Source: Candidatus Krumholzibacteriia bacterium
GTDB taxonomy: Bacteria; Krumholzibacteriota; Krumholzibacteriia; JAJRXK01
Direction: 5' to 3'
Assembly (NCBI GenBank): GCA_041484665.1
Contig: JBGPIA010000003.1
Coordinates: 128,001-192,000, forward strand
DNA: 64,000 nt
In this document: piece after piece, positions 39,923 through 49,255 of the stretch
Numbering within the stretch: position 1 is the stretch's first letter
How the letters are laid out: every line of letters starts with the position of its first letter
The notes under the pieces: generated by a model
The model's database searches: none
What the model was told of the DNA's origin: nothing
The model's input: only the letters and a program-made list of their open reading frames with translations
Translations under genes and position numbers: made by a program

Positions 39923-40942
39923 TCAGAGAACATCTCCCAGAAAACGGACAGGAGCACGGCCCGCGCGGGCGACGACCCGCCCGAGTGTGAAGGGCGGCTC
40001 CTCCAGAGTGGCGAGCACGGCCTTTGGGATCGGGGGCGCGACGACGACCATCCCCACGCCCAGGTTGAAGACCCGGCGCATCTCATCGACGGGGATCTGC
40101 CCGCGCTGGGCGATGAGCTGGAAGATCGGTGGGATCGTCCAGGCCAACGGATCGAGCTCGACCGCCGTGGCGTCGGGAAGCACGCGCGGAACGTTGTCCA
40201 CCAACCCGCCACCAGTAATGTGGGCGAGCGCCGCGATGCGGGCGCGCTGGCGCAGCGCAAGCACCGGCTGGAGGTAGCTGCGGTGCATGGCAAGCAGCGC
40301 GTCCGCGAGCGTGCCGCCCAGCCCGGCGGGCTCGGCATCGAGCGCAAGCGCGTCGGGTCCTTCGAGCAGGACCTTGCGCGCCAGGCTGTAGCCGTTGGTG
40401 TGCAGCCCGGTGGAGGTCCAGGCGTACACCTCCATGCCCACTTCCACGGTCTCTCCGGTCAGGAGGTCCTGCGGCTCGACCCGACCGACGATGCAGCCTG
40501 CCAGATCGAAGTCCTCGCCGTGGTAGACGCCGGGCATCTCGGCGGTCTCGCCGCCGATGAGCGCACAGGCATTCTCGCGGCAGGCCTTGGCCATGCCCTC
40601 GAGCACCGCGACAAAGCGGTCGCCATCCAGCCGTCCGGCCGCGAAGTAGTCCAGGAAGAAGAGCGGCGTCGCCCCTTGCACCAGGATGTCGTTGACGCAG
40701 TGGTTGACGAGGTCGGCACCCAGCCCGGCCAGACGGCCGGCGGCGAGGCCCACCTTGAGCTTGGTTCCGACGCCGTCGATCGAGCTTACGAGGTAGCTGC
40801 CGTCGGGCTGGCGGAACAGGCCGCCGAAGCTCCCAACGTCAGAGGCCACCTGCGGACCCCACGTGGAGGCGATCGCCTTCTTGGCGCGTTGGATGGCCGT
40901 CGTGGCCGCGTCGATGTCCACGCCGCTCTCACGGTACCGCAT
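39923..40942 (-). CDS. purM: Phosphoribosylformylglycinamidine cyclo-ligase (AIR synthase)
   Basis: Y.ESGVDI, DGVGTK, VNDIL, GGETAEMPG, GLHTNGYSL, HITGGG, FNLGVG. Confidence 0.97.
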   Translation of the reverse strand: MRYRESGVDIDAATTAIQRAKKAIASTWGPQVASDVGSFGGLFRQPDGSYLVSSIDGVGTKLKVGLAAGRLAGLGADLVNHCVNDILVQGATPLFFLDYFAAGRLDGDRFVAVLEGMAKACRENACALIGGETAEMPGVYHGEDFDLAGCIVGRVEPQDLLTGETVEVGMEVYAWTSTGLHTNGYSLARKVLLEGPDALALDAEPAGLGGTLADALLAMHRSYLQPVLALRQRARIAALAHITGGGLVDNVPRVLPDATAVELDPLAWTIPPIFQLIAQRGQIPVDEMRRVFNLGVGMVVVAPPIPKAVLATLEEPPFTLGRVVARAGRAPVRFLGDVL

Positions 40943-40948
40943 GGCGGC

Positions 40949-40977
40949 ATCCTAGGGGGAGCCGCGAGCGATGTCAA
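40949..40977 (-). promoter_or_regulatory. Sigma-70 promoter giving a leaderless purM mRNA
   Basis: TTGACA-17 bp-TAGGAT-6 nt-ATG; no SD. Confidence 0.75.
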
Positions 40978-41111
40978 AGCAGCGCGCGGCGCGGAGACGA
41001 CCTGCTGAAGGGACCGTGGGCGGGCGGAACGGGCAGATCGCCGCGCGACCGAGCGGCGCGGTCGTTGAGCGGCCGCGGGCTGAGCGGTGGTCCCGCTGAG
41101 CCGGGAATCGG

Positions 41112-42449
41112 CTAAGCGGCGTCGCGCTGGGGAAGGATAGTGAACGGCTGCGCGGCCTCGCGCAGGATGCGCTGGATCTCGAGGGCGCTGCCGTCGGTCT
41201 GCGGGATAATCGTGAAGCTGCCCTCGTTCACCATGCGCTCGAGCGTGTCCACCACCCGGATGTCGAACTGCGTGCCGCGAAAGCGCGTCAGCTCCGACAT
41301 GCACGCGTCCAACGAAAGTGCCGCCCGATAGGGGCGGTTGCTGGTCATGGCGTCGATTGCGTCGCAGACATTGAGGATGTGGCTGCCCTGGCTGATCTCC
41401 TCGCCGGTGAGTCCGTCGGGGTAGCCCTGACCATCGGGGCGCTCGTGGTGGTGACGGACCATGTCGGCGGCCTCGCGCAGGAATTTCATCTGTGACACGA
41501 TCTCGCCGCCGATGGCCGGGTGCGCGGCGAGGATATCGAACTCCTCCTTGGTGAGTCGCGCGGGCTTGCACACGATGTCGTTGGTGATCGCGATCTTGCC
41601 GATATCGTGGAGCAGGCCGCCGTACTCGAGGATCTCCAGCTCGCGCTCGCTCATCCCCAGCTCGCGGCCCAGCGTCGTTGCGTACTTGGCCACGCGGTAG
41701 CTGTGGCCGTGCGTGTACGGCTCGTCGGCTTCCAGCGCAGTGGTGAGCGCCGCGACCGTGTTGATATGCGCTTCCTTCATCTCTTCGAAGAGCTTGTGGC
41801 TGCGCCACACGATGAACAATGGCAGGCTGAAGAGCAGCAGCGACCACAGCCCCGCGTACTTGTAGCTGAAGATGAGGAACGCGCTCAGTAGCCCCGGCAA
41901 CAGGCCGCTCAGGAAGTGCCAGCCGTAGTTGCTCCGCCAGACCTGCACCAAGTTGCGCCCCTCGCTGAGGGCAACCACAAAGGCGGCCAGCGTCATGTTG
42001 ATCGCGGAGAACACGGCGTAGGCAATGATAGCCGGAACGAGGAACAACGGGGACGTAAGATCGCGCCCCCACGGGATCGCATGGAAGACCACGCCGGCCG
42101 TACCAACCGAAATGGACATCGCCGCTGCGTTGTAGATGAGCTTCAGCGGATGCTTGCGCTTGATCATCCCGTCGCCGAACGCGACGCCGAGGATCTCCAT
42201 CGCGATCGCCACAATGGGGCCCAGAGTAGCGATGACCGCAACGTCGATCGTGGACGACGGGAGCCATCTGCCGCCCATCGCCGTCTTGATCTCGAACAGC
42301 TCGACGCCGACGAGGAAAGCCGTGAAGCACAGCAACGGAATCCACTGGTCGCGAGTGAGTGGATGGTGGGGCCAGATCCACATAGTGAGCATTGTGCCCA
42401 CGCTGGTGAGCAGCAGGAGGTAGAGGTAGAGGACGAGTTTGTGCTTCAT
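41112..42449 (-). CDS. Membrane-anchored HD-GYP cyclic-dinucleotide phosphodiesterase (about 6-7 TM N-terminal sensor)
   Basis: Hydrophobic N-terminal ~210 aa; YT.GHS.RV, LLHDIGK, HHERPDGQGYPDGL, DAMTSNRPYR, GTQFD. Confidence 0.93.
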   Translation of the reverse strand: MKHKLVLYLYLLLLTSVGTMLTMWIWPHHPLTRDQWIPLLCFTAFLVGVELFEIKTAMGGRWLPSSTIDVAVIATLGPIVAIAMEILGVAFGDGMIKRKHPLKLIYNAAAMSISVGTAGVVFHAIPWGRDLTSPLFLVPAIIAYAVFSAINMTLAAFVVALSEGRNLVQVWRSNYGWHFLSGLLPGLLSAFLIFSYKYAGLWSLLLFSLPLFIVWRSHKLFEEMKEAHINTVAALTTALEADEPYTHGHSYRVAKYATTLGRELGMSERELEILEYGGLLHDIGKIAITNDIVCKPARLTKEEFDILAAHPAIGGEIVSQMKFLREAADMVRHHHERPDGQGYPDGLTGEEISQGSHILNVCDAIDAMTSNRPYRAALSLDACMSELTRFRGTQFDIRVVDTLERMVNEGSFTIIPQTDGSALEIQRILREAAQPFTILPQRDAA

Positions 42450-42482
42450 GGTAAACTGGAGCCGGTCGGGGAGGTGGTCAGG

Positions 42483-42521
42483 CTACCACTTGATCTTGCT
42501 TCCCAGCAGCCAAGCGATCAC
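42483..42521 (-). CDS. Putative 12-aa micro-peptide MIAWLLGSKIKW (17 aa if started at GTG 42536)
   Basis: GAGGTG SD at 42534-42529, 7-nt spacer, GTG ATC GCT TGG CTG CTG GGA AGC AAG ATC AAG TGG TAG; host-like codons; ends 33 nt before the HD-GYP ATG. Confidence 0.6.
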   Translation of the reverse strand: MIAWLLGSKIKW

Positions 42522-42718
42522 GGCGAACCACCTCACTCTTGGTTGATTTGCCGTCCAGCTCCGCTGATGGTGACGGCAGTGAGGCTCCGCTCAGCTCTGT
42601 TCGTTCCGCTTGTCCGCTTATTCCAGTGGTTCTCTCCTCGACCGGCCCATCAAAAGGTTGACGGGAGTCCAGCCACCGGCGCACCGGACCTGGCCCCCCC
42701 GAATGTCTCGGCGATCGC

Positions 42719-43504
42719 CTAGTGGGTGCCCGTGGCTTGCGAGGCCGGGTAGACGAGCTCCATGAACTCGGCCTGGCCCAGGCTGCGGTTCAGGGCATCC
42801 AGCGTGGCGTAAACCGCCGTCTCGTAGAGAGATCCTCGCTGCAGGCAGGTGCCGCAGAGGCGGCTGAGCTCCCTGCCCCTGCCGAAATCCAGGAGCACCA
42901 AGATCAGGCTGGTGCCCGACAGCTCCAGCAGCCTGACCTCGCGCACGAGGGCCTCGTAGCCCGGCTGGAGCAAATTGCGCACCGCTTCGACGGTCGCGCG
43001 GGCCACGATTTCGACCGCAGCCTCCTGGTCCTTGGCCGGACCCACGGCGCGGCCTGGAACGCCCTCGATTCCCTCGAACACCAGTTCGACCTCGGCCATG
43101 AAGCTGCCGCTGCCCATGGTGCAGTGTACGGCGGACAGCTGGACCCGCTCCCGCTCGGGGACCATCTTCAGAACGGCCGGCCGGGTTGCCTCGTCGCCTC
43201 GCTCATCCTCCGGAGAGTGCGGCTGGGTGTGCGCCATTGCGTCCAGCCCCCGCGGGCCCGGCTCGTTCTGGCTGACGAGCTGGACCACTCCGATCTTGCG
43301 ATGATCGATGTCGACGCCGCCTTTGCGGAGGATGACCTCGGCGTCCCGCACGATCTTCTGCGGGGCGCGGCGCGTGTCCGAGACGATGTCTACGTTGCGG
43401 ATCTCCCCGCGGTCATCGACGACGATCCGGCAATACCTGACGTTCTGGATCTGTGCGAGCTCGGTATCGAAGGCGTGGATCTGGTCGGGGGTGAGCCTCG
43501 TCAT
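42719..43504 (-). CDS. Conserved hypothetical cytoplasmic protein; C-terminal half has two beta-beta-beta-alpha-like repeats reminiscent of the LeuA regulatory domain
   Basis: AAGGAG SD; N-domain IVSDTRRAPQKIVRD; repeats end VARATVEAVRNL and AVYATLDALNR; fold assignment is inference. Confidence 0.7.
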   Translation of the reverse strand: MTRLTPDQIHAFDTELAQIQNVRYCRIVVDDRGEIRNVDIVSDTRRAPQKIVRDAEVILRKGGVDIDHRKIGVVQLVSQNEPGPRGLDAMAHTQPHSPEDERGDEATRPAVLKMVPERERVQLSAVHCTMGSGSFMAEVELVFEGIEGVPGRAVGPAKDQEAAVEIVARATVEAVRNLLQPGYEALVREVRLLELSGTSLILVLLDFGRGRELSRLCGTCLQRGSLYETAVYATLDALNRSLGQAEFMELVYPASQATGTH

Positions 43505-43791
43505 GACCTGACGTCTCCTTTCCCAGCAGACCAACCCCGCTGAGTTCCTGGATGAACGTCAGCCCGTAACCACAAGCGTACCATATGACTTTCGTGCTGG
43601 CCAATCCATCCGGCCCGGCGCAGCGACCCCCTTATAGCACAGGACCACACCCAAGGCGCACGTGGAATTTCGAGCCCCTGACGGTCCCTGGCTCGGCCGG
43701 CCGCTGGCGTACGCCGGCTGGCAGCTGTGGCGCCCTCCCTGCGCCGGGGTCATGGCGGATCATGGGGCAGACCGGGAAGCAGGGGGGAAGG

Positions 43792-44700
43792 CTATTCCGG
43801 GGTCCAGCGCGTGAACGCGTGGAGCTCGGCGCATCGGCCGCGGATCTGGTCGGCCGTGAGATCCGTGATACGGTCCACGCTGAAGTGCTCGGTCGTGAAG
43901 CTGGCCAGGACCGTCCCGAATCCCATGGCGCGGCGGAGCTCCTCGTCGTCGAAGCGTCCGGCCCGAGCCAGGTGCCCCAGGAAGCCGCCGGCGAAGGCAT
44001 CGCCCGCCCCTGTGGGATCGAAGACGCGCTCCAGCAGCACCGCCGGTACGGCGAAGCGCGACTCCGGCGTGAACAAGAGCGCGCCGTGCTCGCCCTTCTT
44101 CACCACCACCCAGCGCGGCCCCAGCGCCCGGATCTGCGCCACCGCCGCTGGCAGCAAGGCGTGCCCGGTGAGCTGGCGGGCCTCCTCCTCGTTCACGAAC
44201 ACGAGGTCCGCGCGCGCCAGCACCGCCTTGAGATCGTCCAATGCCGTCTCGATCCACAGATTCATCGTGTCGACCGCGACAAGCCTGGGCCGGGAGATCT
44301 GGTCGAACACCTCCAGCTGCAGGGCCGGGTGGATGTTGGCGAGGAACAGGATCGGCGCGTCGCGGTAGGCGGGTGGCAGCTTGGGATGGAAGTGCTCGAA
44401 GACGTTGAGCTGCGTGAACAGCGTATCGCGGTGGTTCATGTCTTTGTGGTAGCGGCCGCCCCAACGGAACGTCTTTCCGGGCGCCACCTCCAGACCCGCG
44501 CAATCGATGCCGCGCCGCCGGAACAGCCCGCGCGCGCTCTCGGGGAAATCCTCCCCCACCACCGCTACCAGCTTGATGCTGGTGAAATAGCTCGCAGCCA
44601 GCGCGGCGTAGCTGGCGCTGCCGCCCAGGCACTCCTCCGCCGAGCCATACGGCGTGCTGATGCTGTCCAGGGCGACGGAGCCGACGACCACGATGTCCAT
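43792..44700 (-). CDS. PfkB-family carbohydrate/nucleoside kinase
   Basis: GSVALD, LGGSASY, VKKGEHG, DPTGAGDAFAGG. Confidence 0.93.
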   Translation of the reverse strand: MDIVVVGSVALDSISTPYGSAEECLGGSASYAALAASYFTSIKLVAVVGEDFPESARGLFRRRGIDCAGLEVAPGKTFRWGGRYHKDMNHRDTLFTQLNVFEHFHPKLPPAYRDAPILFLANIHPALQLEVFDQISRPRLVAVDTMNLWIETALDDLKAVLARADLVFVNEEEARQLTGHALLPAAVAQIRALGPRWVVVKKGEHGALLFTPESRFAVPAVLLERVFDPTGAGDAFAGGFLGHLARAGRFDDEELRRAMGFGTVLASFTTEHFSVDRITDLTADQIRGRCAELHAFTRWTPE

Positions 44701-44733
44701 GACGGATCCTTGGCGGGTGCGGCGCGCCGCGCG

Positions 44734-46461
44734 TTACATGCGCTCGGGCGCTTCGATCCCCAGGAGCCGCAGCGTGTTGGCCAGCACGATCTGCGTGGCG
44801 CGGCTCAGCGCTACGCGGGCCTTGGCCAACGGCTCCTCGTCCGTGAGGATCTTGCACTGGTGGTAGAACTGGTGGAAGGCCGTCGCCACGTCGACGGCCA
44901 GGGCCGTCAGGCGTGCCAGCTCCCTGCTGGCCGCCGCGCGCGCTACCGCGTCGGGTAGCTCTGGCAGCAAGCGGAGCAACGCCAGCTCCGCGTCGTGGGT
45001 GAGCAGGGCGAGGTCCGCCGCGGAGGCCTCCCTGAGATCGCGCCCCTGTGCCTGGGAGTTGCGCAGCACGCTGCAGATGCGCGCGTGGGCGTACTTCACG
45101 TACCAGCCGGGATTCTCATTGCTCTGGCTGCGTGCCAGATCGAGATCGAAGTCCATATGGCTGGTGTTCTTGCGCGCCAGGAAGAAGAACTTCGCCACGT
45201 CGGCGCCCACCTCAGCGATGAGCTCGTCCATGGTAACCAGCCGCCCGGCCCGCTTGGACATCTCCAGCGGCTTGCCGTCCAGGATCAGGTTCACCTGCTG
45301 CAGGATCACGATCTCGAGCCAATCCGGCGCGTAGCCGAGGGCCTGCATCGCTGCGGCCATGCGCGCGACGTGCCCATGGTGGTCGGGGCCCCAGAAGTCG
45401 ATGACGCGCTCGAAGGCGCGCTGGTGCTTGTCCGCGTGATAGGCGATGTCAGTCAGGAAGTAGGTGGGCTCGCCGTCCTTCTTCACGACCACGCGGTCCT
45501 TCTCGTCGCCGAAGGTCGTCGAGCGGAACCACTGGGCCCCTTCGTGCTCGTAGACGTGGCCGCGCTCGCGCAGCGCCGCCAGCGCCCGCTGCAGGCGGTC
45601 TCCCACGTGCATGCTGCTCTCGAGGGTCCAGGTGTCGAACTCGACGCCGTAGCGCACGCAGGTCGCCCGCTGGCCGGCCAACAGGGCACAGAAGGCGTAG
45701 CGGCCGAATGCGCGCGCTGACTCCGCTGGCGGCAGCGCCAGCCACTCGTCGGGAGTCCCCTGTACTTGAGGCAGCGTGCCGGCGATGCGGCCGGCCGCGG
45801 CATCGCGCAACACGGCCACGGCGCCCGGCTCTTCCGCCGCGAGCCGGCGGGCCAGCTCGACTAGGTACTCCCCCTGGTAGCCGCCCTCGGGCACCGCGAC
45901 GTCGTCGCGGCCGAGCAGCTGGGCGTAGCGTGCGCGCAGGCTCTCGCCCAACAGCTCCACCTGGCGGCCGGCGTCGTTCACGTAGAACTCGGATTGGGGC
46001 CGGTAGCCGGCCGTCGCCATGGCGCGCACGAGCGCCGCGCCGACCGCGGCCGCGCGGGCGCTCACGATGTTCAGCGGGCCGGTGGGGTTGGCGCTGATGA
46101 ACTCCACGTTCACGCGCTGCCCCTGCCCGGTGTTGCTCTCGCCGTAGCGCTCGCCCTGCTGCAGGATCTGCGCGACGACGTCCACGAGCCGCCCGTGGGC
46201 GAGCCGGAAATTGATGAAGCCCGGCCCGGCGATCTCGACCGCCGCCACCAGCGACCGGTCCAGCGCCAGGCGCGCGGCGATCTCCCCGGCCAGCTCGCGC
46301 GGCTTGCGCGCGAGGCGCTTGGCCAGCACCAGAGCGACATTCGTGCTGAGGTCGCCGTGGGTGGAGTCCTTGGGGCGGTCCAGCTCCAGGACGAAATCCT
46401 CCTCGAAGACGCCGTAGTCCTCGAGGGCTTCCAGGATCGCTTCGCGGATGCGCTGCTCCAT
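44734..46461 (-). CDS. argS: Arginine--tRNA ligase
   Basis: HGDLSTN, GPGFIN, VEFISANPTGP, YVNDAG.Q, WGPDHHG, MSKR.G, YVKYAHARI. Confidence 0.97.
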   Translation of the reverse strand: MEQRIREAILEALEDYGVFEEDFVLELDRPKDSTHGDLSTNVALVLAKRLARKPRELAGEIAARLALDRSLVAAVEIAGPGFINFRLAHGRLVDVVAQILQQGERYGESNTGQGQRVNVEFISANPTGPLNIVSARAAAVGAALVRAMATAGYRPQSEFYVNDAGRQVELLGESLRARYAQLLGRDDVAVPEGGYQGEYLVELARRLAAEEPGAVAVLRDAAAGRIAGTLPQVQGTPDEWLALPPAESARAFGRYAFCALLAGQRATCVRYGVEFDTWTLESSMHVGDRLQRALAALRERGHVYEHEGAQWFRSTTFGDEKDRVVVKKDGEPTYFLTDIAYHADKHQRAFERVIDFWGPDHHGHVARMAAAMQALGYAPDWLEIVILQQVNLILDGKPLEMSKRAGRLVTMDELIAEVGADVAKFFFLARKNTSHMDFDLDLARSQSNENPGWYVKYAHARICSVLRNSQAQGRDLREASAADLALLTHDAELALLRLLPELPDAVARAAASRELARLTALAVDVATAFHQFYHQCKILTDEEPLAKARVALSRATQIVLANTLRLLGIEAPERM

Positions 46462-46868
46462 CAGGGGCGGACCTCGCCGGCGGCGGCGCGGTCACCTGGC
46501 GCGATGGGGCGCCCGAGCTCATCGTAGCGCACGATCGTTGCGTCGGCCCACAGGCGCTCCAACGCGTAGTAGCGCCGCACATCGGGCAGCATGACGTGGA
46601 CGACGACGTCGATGAAGTCCAGCAGCGCCCAGCGGCCGGCGTCGCGTCCCTCGACGTGCTCGGGTCCCACGCGCGCAGCGGTGGCGCCGTCCCAGATGGC
46701 ATCGCTGATGGCCTGCACCTGGACCTGCGATTGCCCGGTAACGATCACGAAGTAGTCGGCCACGTCCATCAGGCCGTGCAGGTCCAGGACGACCACGTCC
46801 TCGGCCTTCTTGCCCAATGCCCAGGCGATGACGAGCTCGACGAGCTCCCTGCCTTCAACGCGGCTCAT
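46461..46868 (-). CDS. rsfS: Ribosome silencing factor
   Basis: KKAEDV, ADYFVI.TG, WALLDF.DVVVHV, R.YY.LERLW.DA. Confidence 0.95.
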   Translation of the reverse strand: MSRVEGRELVELVIAWALGKKAEDVVVLDLHGLMDVADYFVIVTGQSQVQVQAISDAIWDGATAARVGPEHVEGRDAGRWALLDFIDVVVHVMLPDVRRYYALERLWADATIVRYDELGRPIAPGDRAAAGEVRP

Positions 46869-46908
46869 CGCTTGCGGATGGGCTGGGCGGAGGGCGGGCT
46901 GGGCCTTC

Positions 46909-47907
46909 TCAATCGACACGGCCGAGCACGTAATCCACGGCCGCGGCCAAGATGTCGCGTTGGGGCTGGATCGAGATCCCCACGAGGCATTCCTTGGCCT
47001 GGCGCCCGAACTGGCGGGCTTTCTGGTAGGCGTAGTCGAGGCCGCCGTGGTGCTCCACGAAGCGGCGGACGTCGGGCCACAGCGCGCTGCCGTCGACCAG
47101 CGTGGCGAGGGCGTCCCGCAGGCGCTCGCTCTCGCGCGGCGGCGCGTTGCGCCAGGCCGAGATGAATGGGAGCGTGATGCGGCCTTCGCGCCAGTCACTG
47201 CCCACCGGCTTGCCGAGGCGGCGCTGGTCGCCGAGGTAATCGAACATGTCGTCGATGATCTGGAATGCCAGTCCGATGTTGAGCCCGAAATCGGCAAAGC
47301 GGTCGCGCTGGCCGTTGATGCCGCGGTTGAGCAGCGCTCCGATCTCACAGGAGGCCTGGATCAGGCTCGCCGTTTTCTGGTGGATGATGGCGAAATAGTC
47401 CTCCTCGCTGACGTCGAGGCGGCGCCGGCGCTCCAGCTGCATCATCTCGGCGATGCTCATCTCATGCGTGGTCCTGGCCAGGATGTTCATGGGCTCGAGC
47501 ATCCCGCGCGCCGTGAGCTGGGCGAAAGCCTTGCTGTACAGATAGTCGCCCATGATCAGCGCGGCGCTGGCGCCCCACTTGACATTGACGGTGGGCAGGC
47601 GGCGGCGCACCTCGGCCTCGTCAATGAAGTCGTCGTGGATGAGCGTGGCGGTATGGATGATCTCGACGACCGTCGCCGCGAAGATCACTTCGGCGCTCGA
47701 TCCGCCGCGGTCCTTCGCAGTAACCAACAACAAGGTCGGCCGGAAGCGTTTGCTTCGGCCGCGCTTGAGGTGCTGGCAGATCTCGTTGAGGAGGGGCAGC
47801 TCGGCGCTGAGCTGCTGCTCGTATTCGGCCTCGAAGGCGGAGAGCTCGCTGGCGACGACCTCCTGCAACGACTCGAGTTTTACGCGGTCCTCTCCAGCCA
47901 GAGGCAC
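46909..47907 (-). CDS. Polyprenyl diphosphate synthase (IspB/HepT-like); start uncertain
   Basis: KRFRP, LIHDDFIDEAEVRRR, KTA, FQIIDDMFD, GKPVGSD..EG. Confidence 0.93.
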   Translation of the reverse strand: MPLAGEDRVKLESLQEVVASELSAFEAEYEQQLSAELPLLNEICQHLKRGRSKRFRPTLLLVTAKDRGGSSAEVIFAATVVEIIHTATLIHDDFIDEAEVRRRLPTVNVKWGASAALIMGDYLYSKAFAQLTARGMLEPMNILARTTHEMSIAEMMQLERRRRLDVSEEDYFAIIHQKTASLIQASCEIGALLNRGINGQRDRFADFGLNIGLAFQIIDDMFDYLGDQRRLGKPVGSDWREGRITLPFISAWRNAPPRESERLRDALATLVDGSALWPDVRRFVEHHGGLDYAYQKARQFGRQAKECLVGISIQPQRDILAAAVDYVLGRVD

Positions 47908-47972
47908 GTCAACCCTTTCAGCAGGCAGGCGCTCCATGCAGACGACCGGATGGGGCCGCAAAGACCTCCAAA

Positions 47973-48001
47973 CGTATACGCTTCGAGCGGGAGACTGTCA
48001 A
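47973..48001 (-). promoter_or_regulatory. Putative internal sigma-70 promoter overlapping the tatC stop
   Basis: TTGACA-17 bp-TATACG. Confidence 0.55.
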
Positions 48002-48759
48002 TTCGATTCGGCCAACTGCCTGGCTTGCTTCCGCTTGCGCCTCCAGGTCACCAGCAGGGCCGCGAACACGCTCAAGAAGTAGAGCAGCAGGATGGGCACG
48101 CCCAGCATGATCTGGCTAGCGACGTCGGGGCCCGGCGTAAGGACCGCCGCCGCGATCATGATGATCACGACCGCCTCACGCCAGCGACGCATGAGCATGC
48201 GTGGGCTGACGATTCCGATCGTGGCCAGGGCGAACACGACGAGTGGCAGCTCGAACATGGCGCCCATGGCCAGGCACATGCGCGCGGCCAGCCCCAGGTA
48301 CTCTCCCGCCGAGAGCCAGGGCTGCAACGACTCGCTGGCGAAGCTGAGCCCAACGCGCATCAGCACGGGCATCAGTACAAGGAAGCAGAACACAACCCCC
48401 GTGTAGAACAGCGCCGTCCCCACCACTAGCACCGGCGTGATCACCCGCCGCTCGCGCTGGCGCAGCCCCGGGAGCACGAACCCGTAGATCTTGAACAGGA
48501 TCAGCGGCGCAACCGCCAGCAGGCCTACGAATCCCGCGGCCTTCAGGCGCAACATGAGCGCGCCCAGCGGGCTGGTGAAGTAGAGGGAGTGGTGCCCGGC
48601 CTGCACTGCGGGCCGCAGCAGGGAGTCCACGATGCGGGCGCTGAAAAACCAGGCCACCAGCGCGGCGCCCGCCGCCAGGGCAGCGGCCCAGATGATCGTG
48701 TCGCGCAGCTCGGCGATGTGCTCGAGGATCGTCATCTCCTTCTCGGATGACCGGGCCAT
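47998..48759 (-). CDS. tatC: Twin-arginine translocase subunit TatC
   Basis: MTILEHIAELR, FVLPGL...E, FELP, AAVLTP.PD. Confidence 0.95.
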   Translation of the reverse strand: MARSSEKEMTILEHIAELRDTIIWAAALAAGAALVAWFFSARIVDSLLRPAVQAGHHSLYFTSPLGALMLRLKAAGFVGLLAVAPLILFKIYGFVLPGLRQRERRVITPVLVVGTALFYTGVVFCFLVLMPVLMRVGLSFASESLQPWLSAGEYLGLAARMCLAMGAMFELPLVVFALATIGIVSPRMLMRRWREAVVIIMIAAAVLTPGPDVASQIMLGVPILLLYFLSVFAALLVTWRRKRKQARQLAESN

Positions 48760-48762
48760 CGA

Positions 48763-49242
48763 CTAGCCGCCTCCCCGCGACCGCCCCTGGGTGCGCTCCA
48801 GGATCTGCCGCAGCTCGTCCATGAATTGGTTCACGTTGCGGAAACTGCGGTAGACCGACGCGAAACGCACGTACGCCACCTCGTCGAGCTCTTCCAGCTC
48901 GGCCATCACCGCCTCGCCGATCTCGGTGCTGGTCACCTCGTCCTTGGCGCTGGAGAAGAGCCGCGCCTCGACGCGGTCGGCCAGGGCATCGATCTGCTCA
49001 CGGCTGACGGGCCGCTTCTGGCAGGCGCGCATCACACCGGTGATGACCTTTTCGCGGTCGTAGGGAACGCGGCGCCCGTCCTTCTTGGCCACCAGCACCG
49101 GGGCGCGCTCGACGTACTCGTAGGTGGTGTAGCGGTGCTCGCAACGCAGGCACTCGCGGCGCCGGCGGATCGCGGCACCGTCGCGGGTCGCACGCGAGTC
49201 GACGACCCGATCCTCGTCGTGGCCGCAGGCGGGACAGCGCAT
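48763..49242 (-). CDS. nrdR: Transcriptional repressor NrdR
   Basis: MRCPAC...VVDSR...IRRRREC..C..RYTTYE, ATP cone, AYVRFASVY. Confidence 0.98.
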   Translation of the reverse strand: MRCPACGHDEDRVVDSRATRDGAAIRRRRECLRCEHRYTTYEYVERAPVLVAKKDGRRVPYDREKVITGVMRACQKRPVSREQIDALADRVEARLFSSAKDEVTSTEIGEAVMAELEELDEVAYVRFASVYRSFRNVNQFMDELRQILERTQGRSRGGG

Positions 49243-49255
49243 GGGGGCGGAGGTC

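Noticed and set aside
42478..42684. 68-aa ORF from the track overlapping the micro-ORF region
   Set aside because: No SD, poor codon pattern and no recognisable features; the 12-aa frame has the better initiation signal
43520..43529. TTCCCAGCAG shared with the micro-ORF (42500-42509)
   Set aside because: Only 10 bp in two copies, compatible with chance
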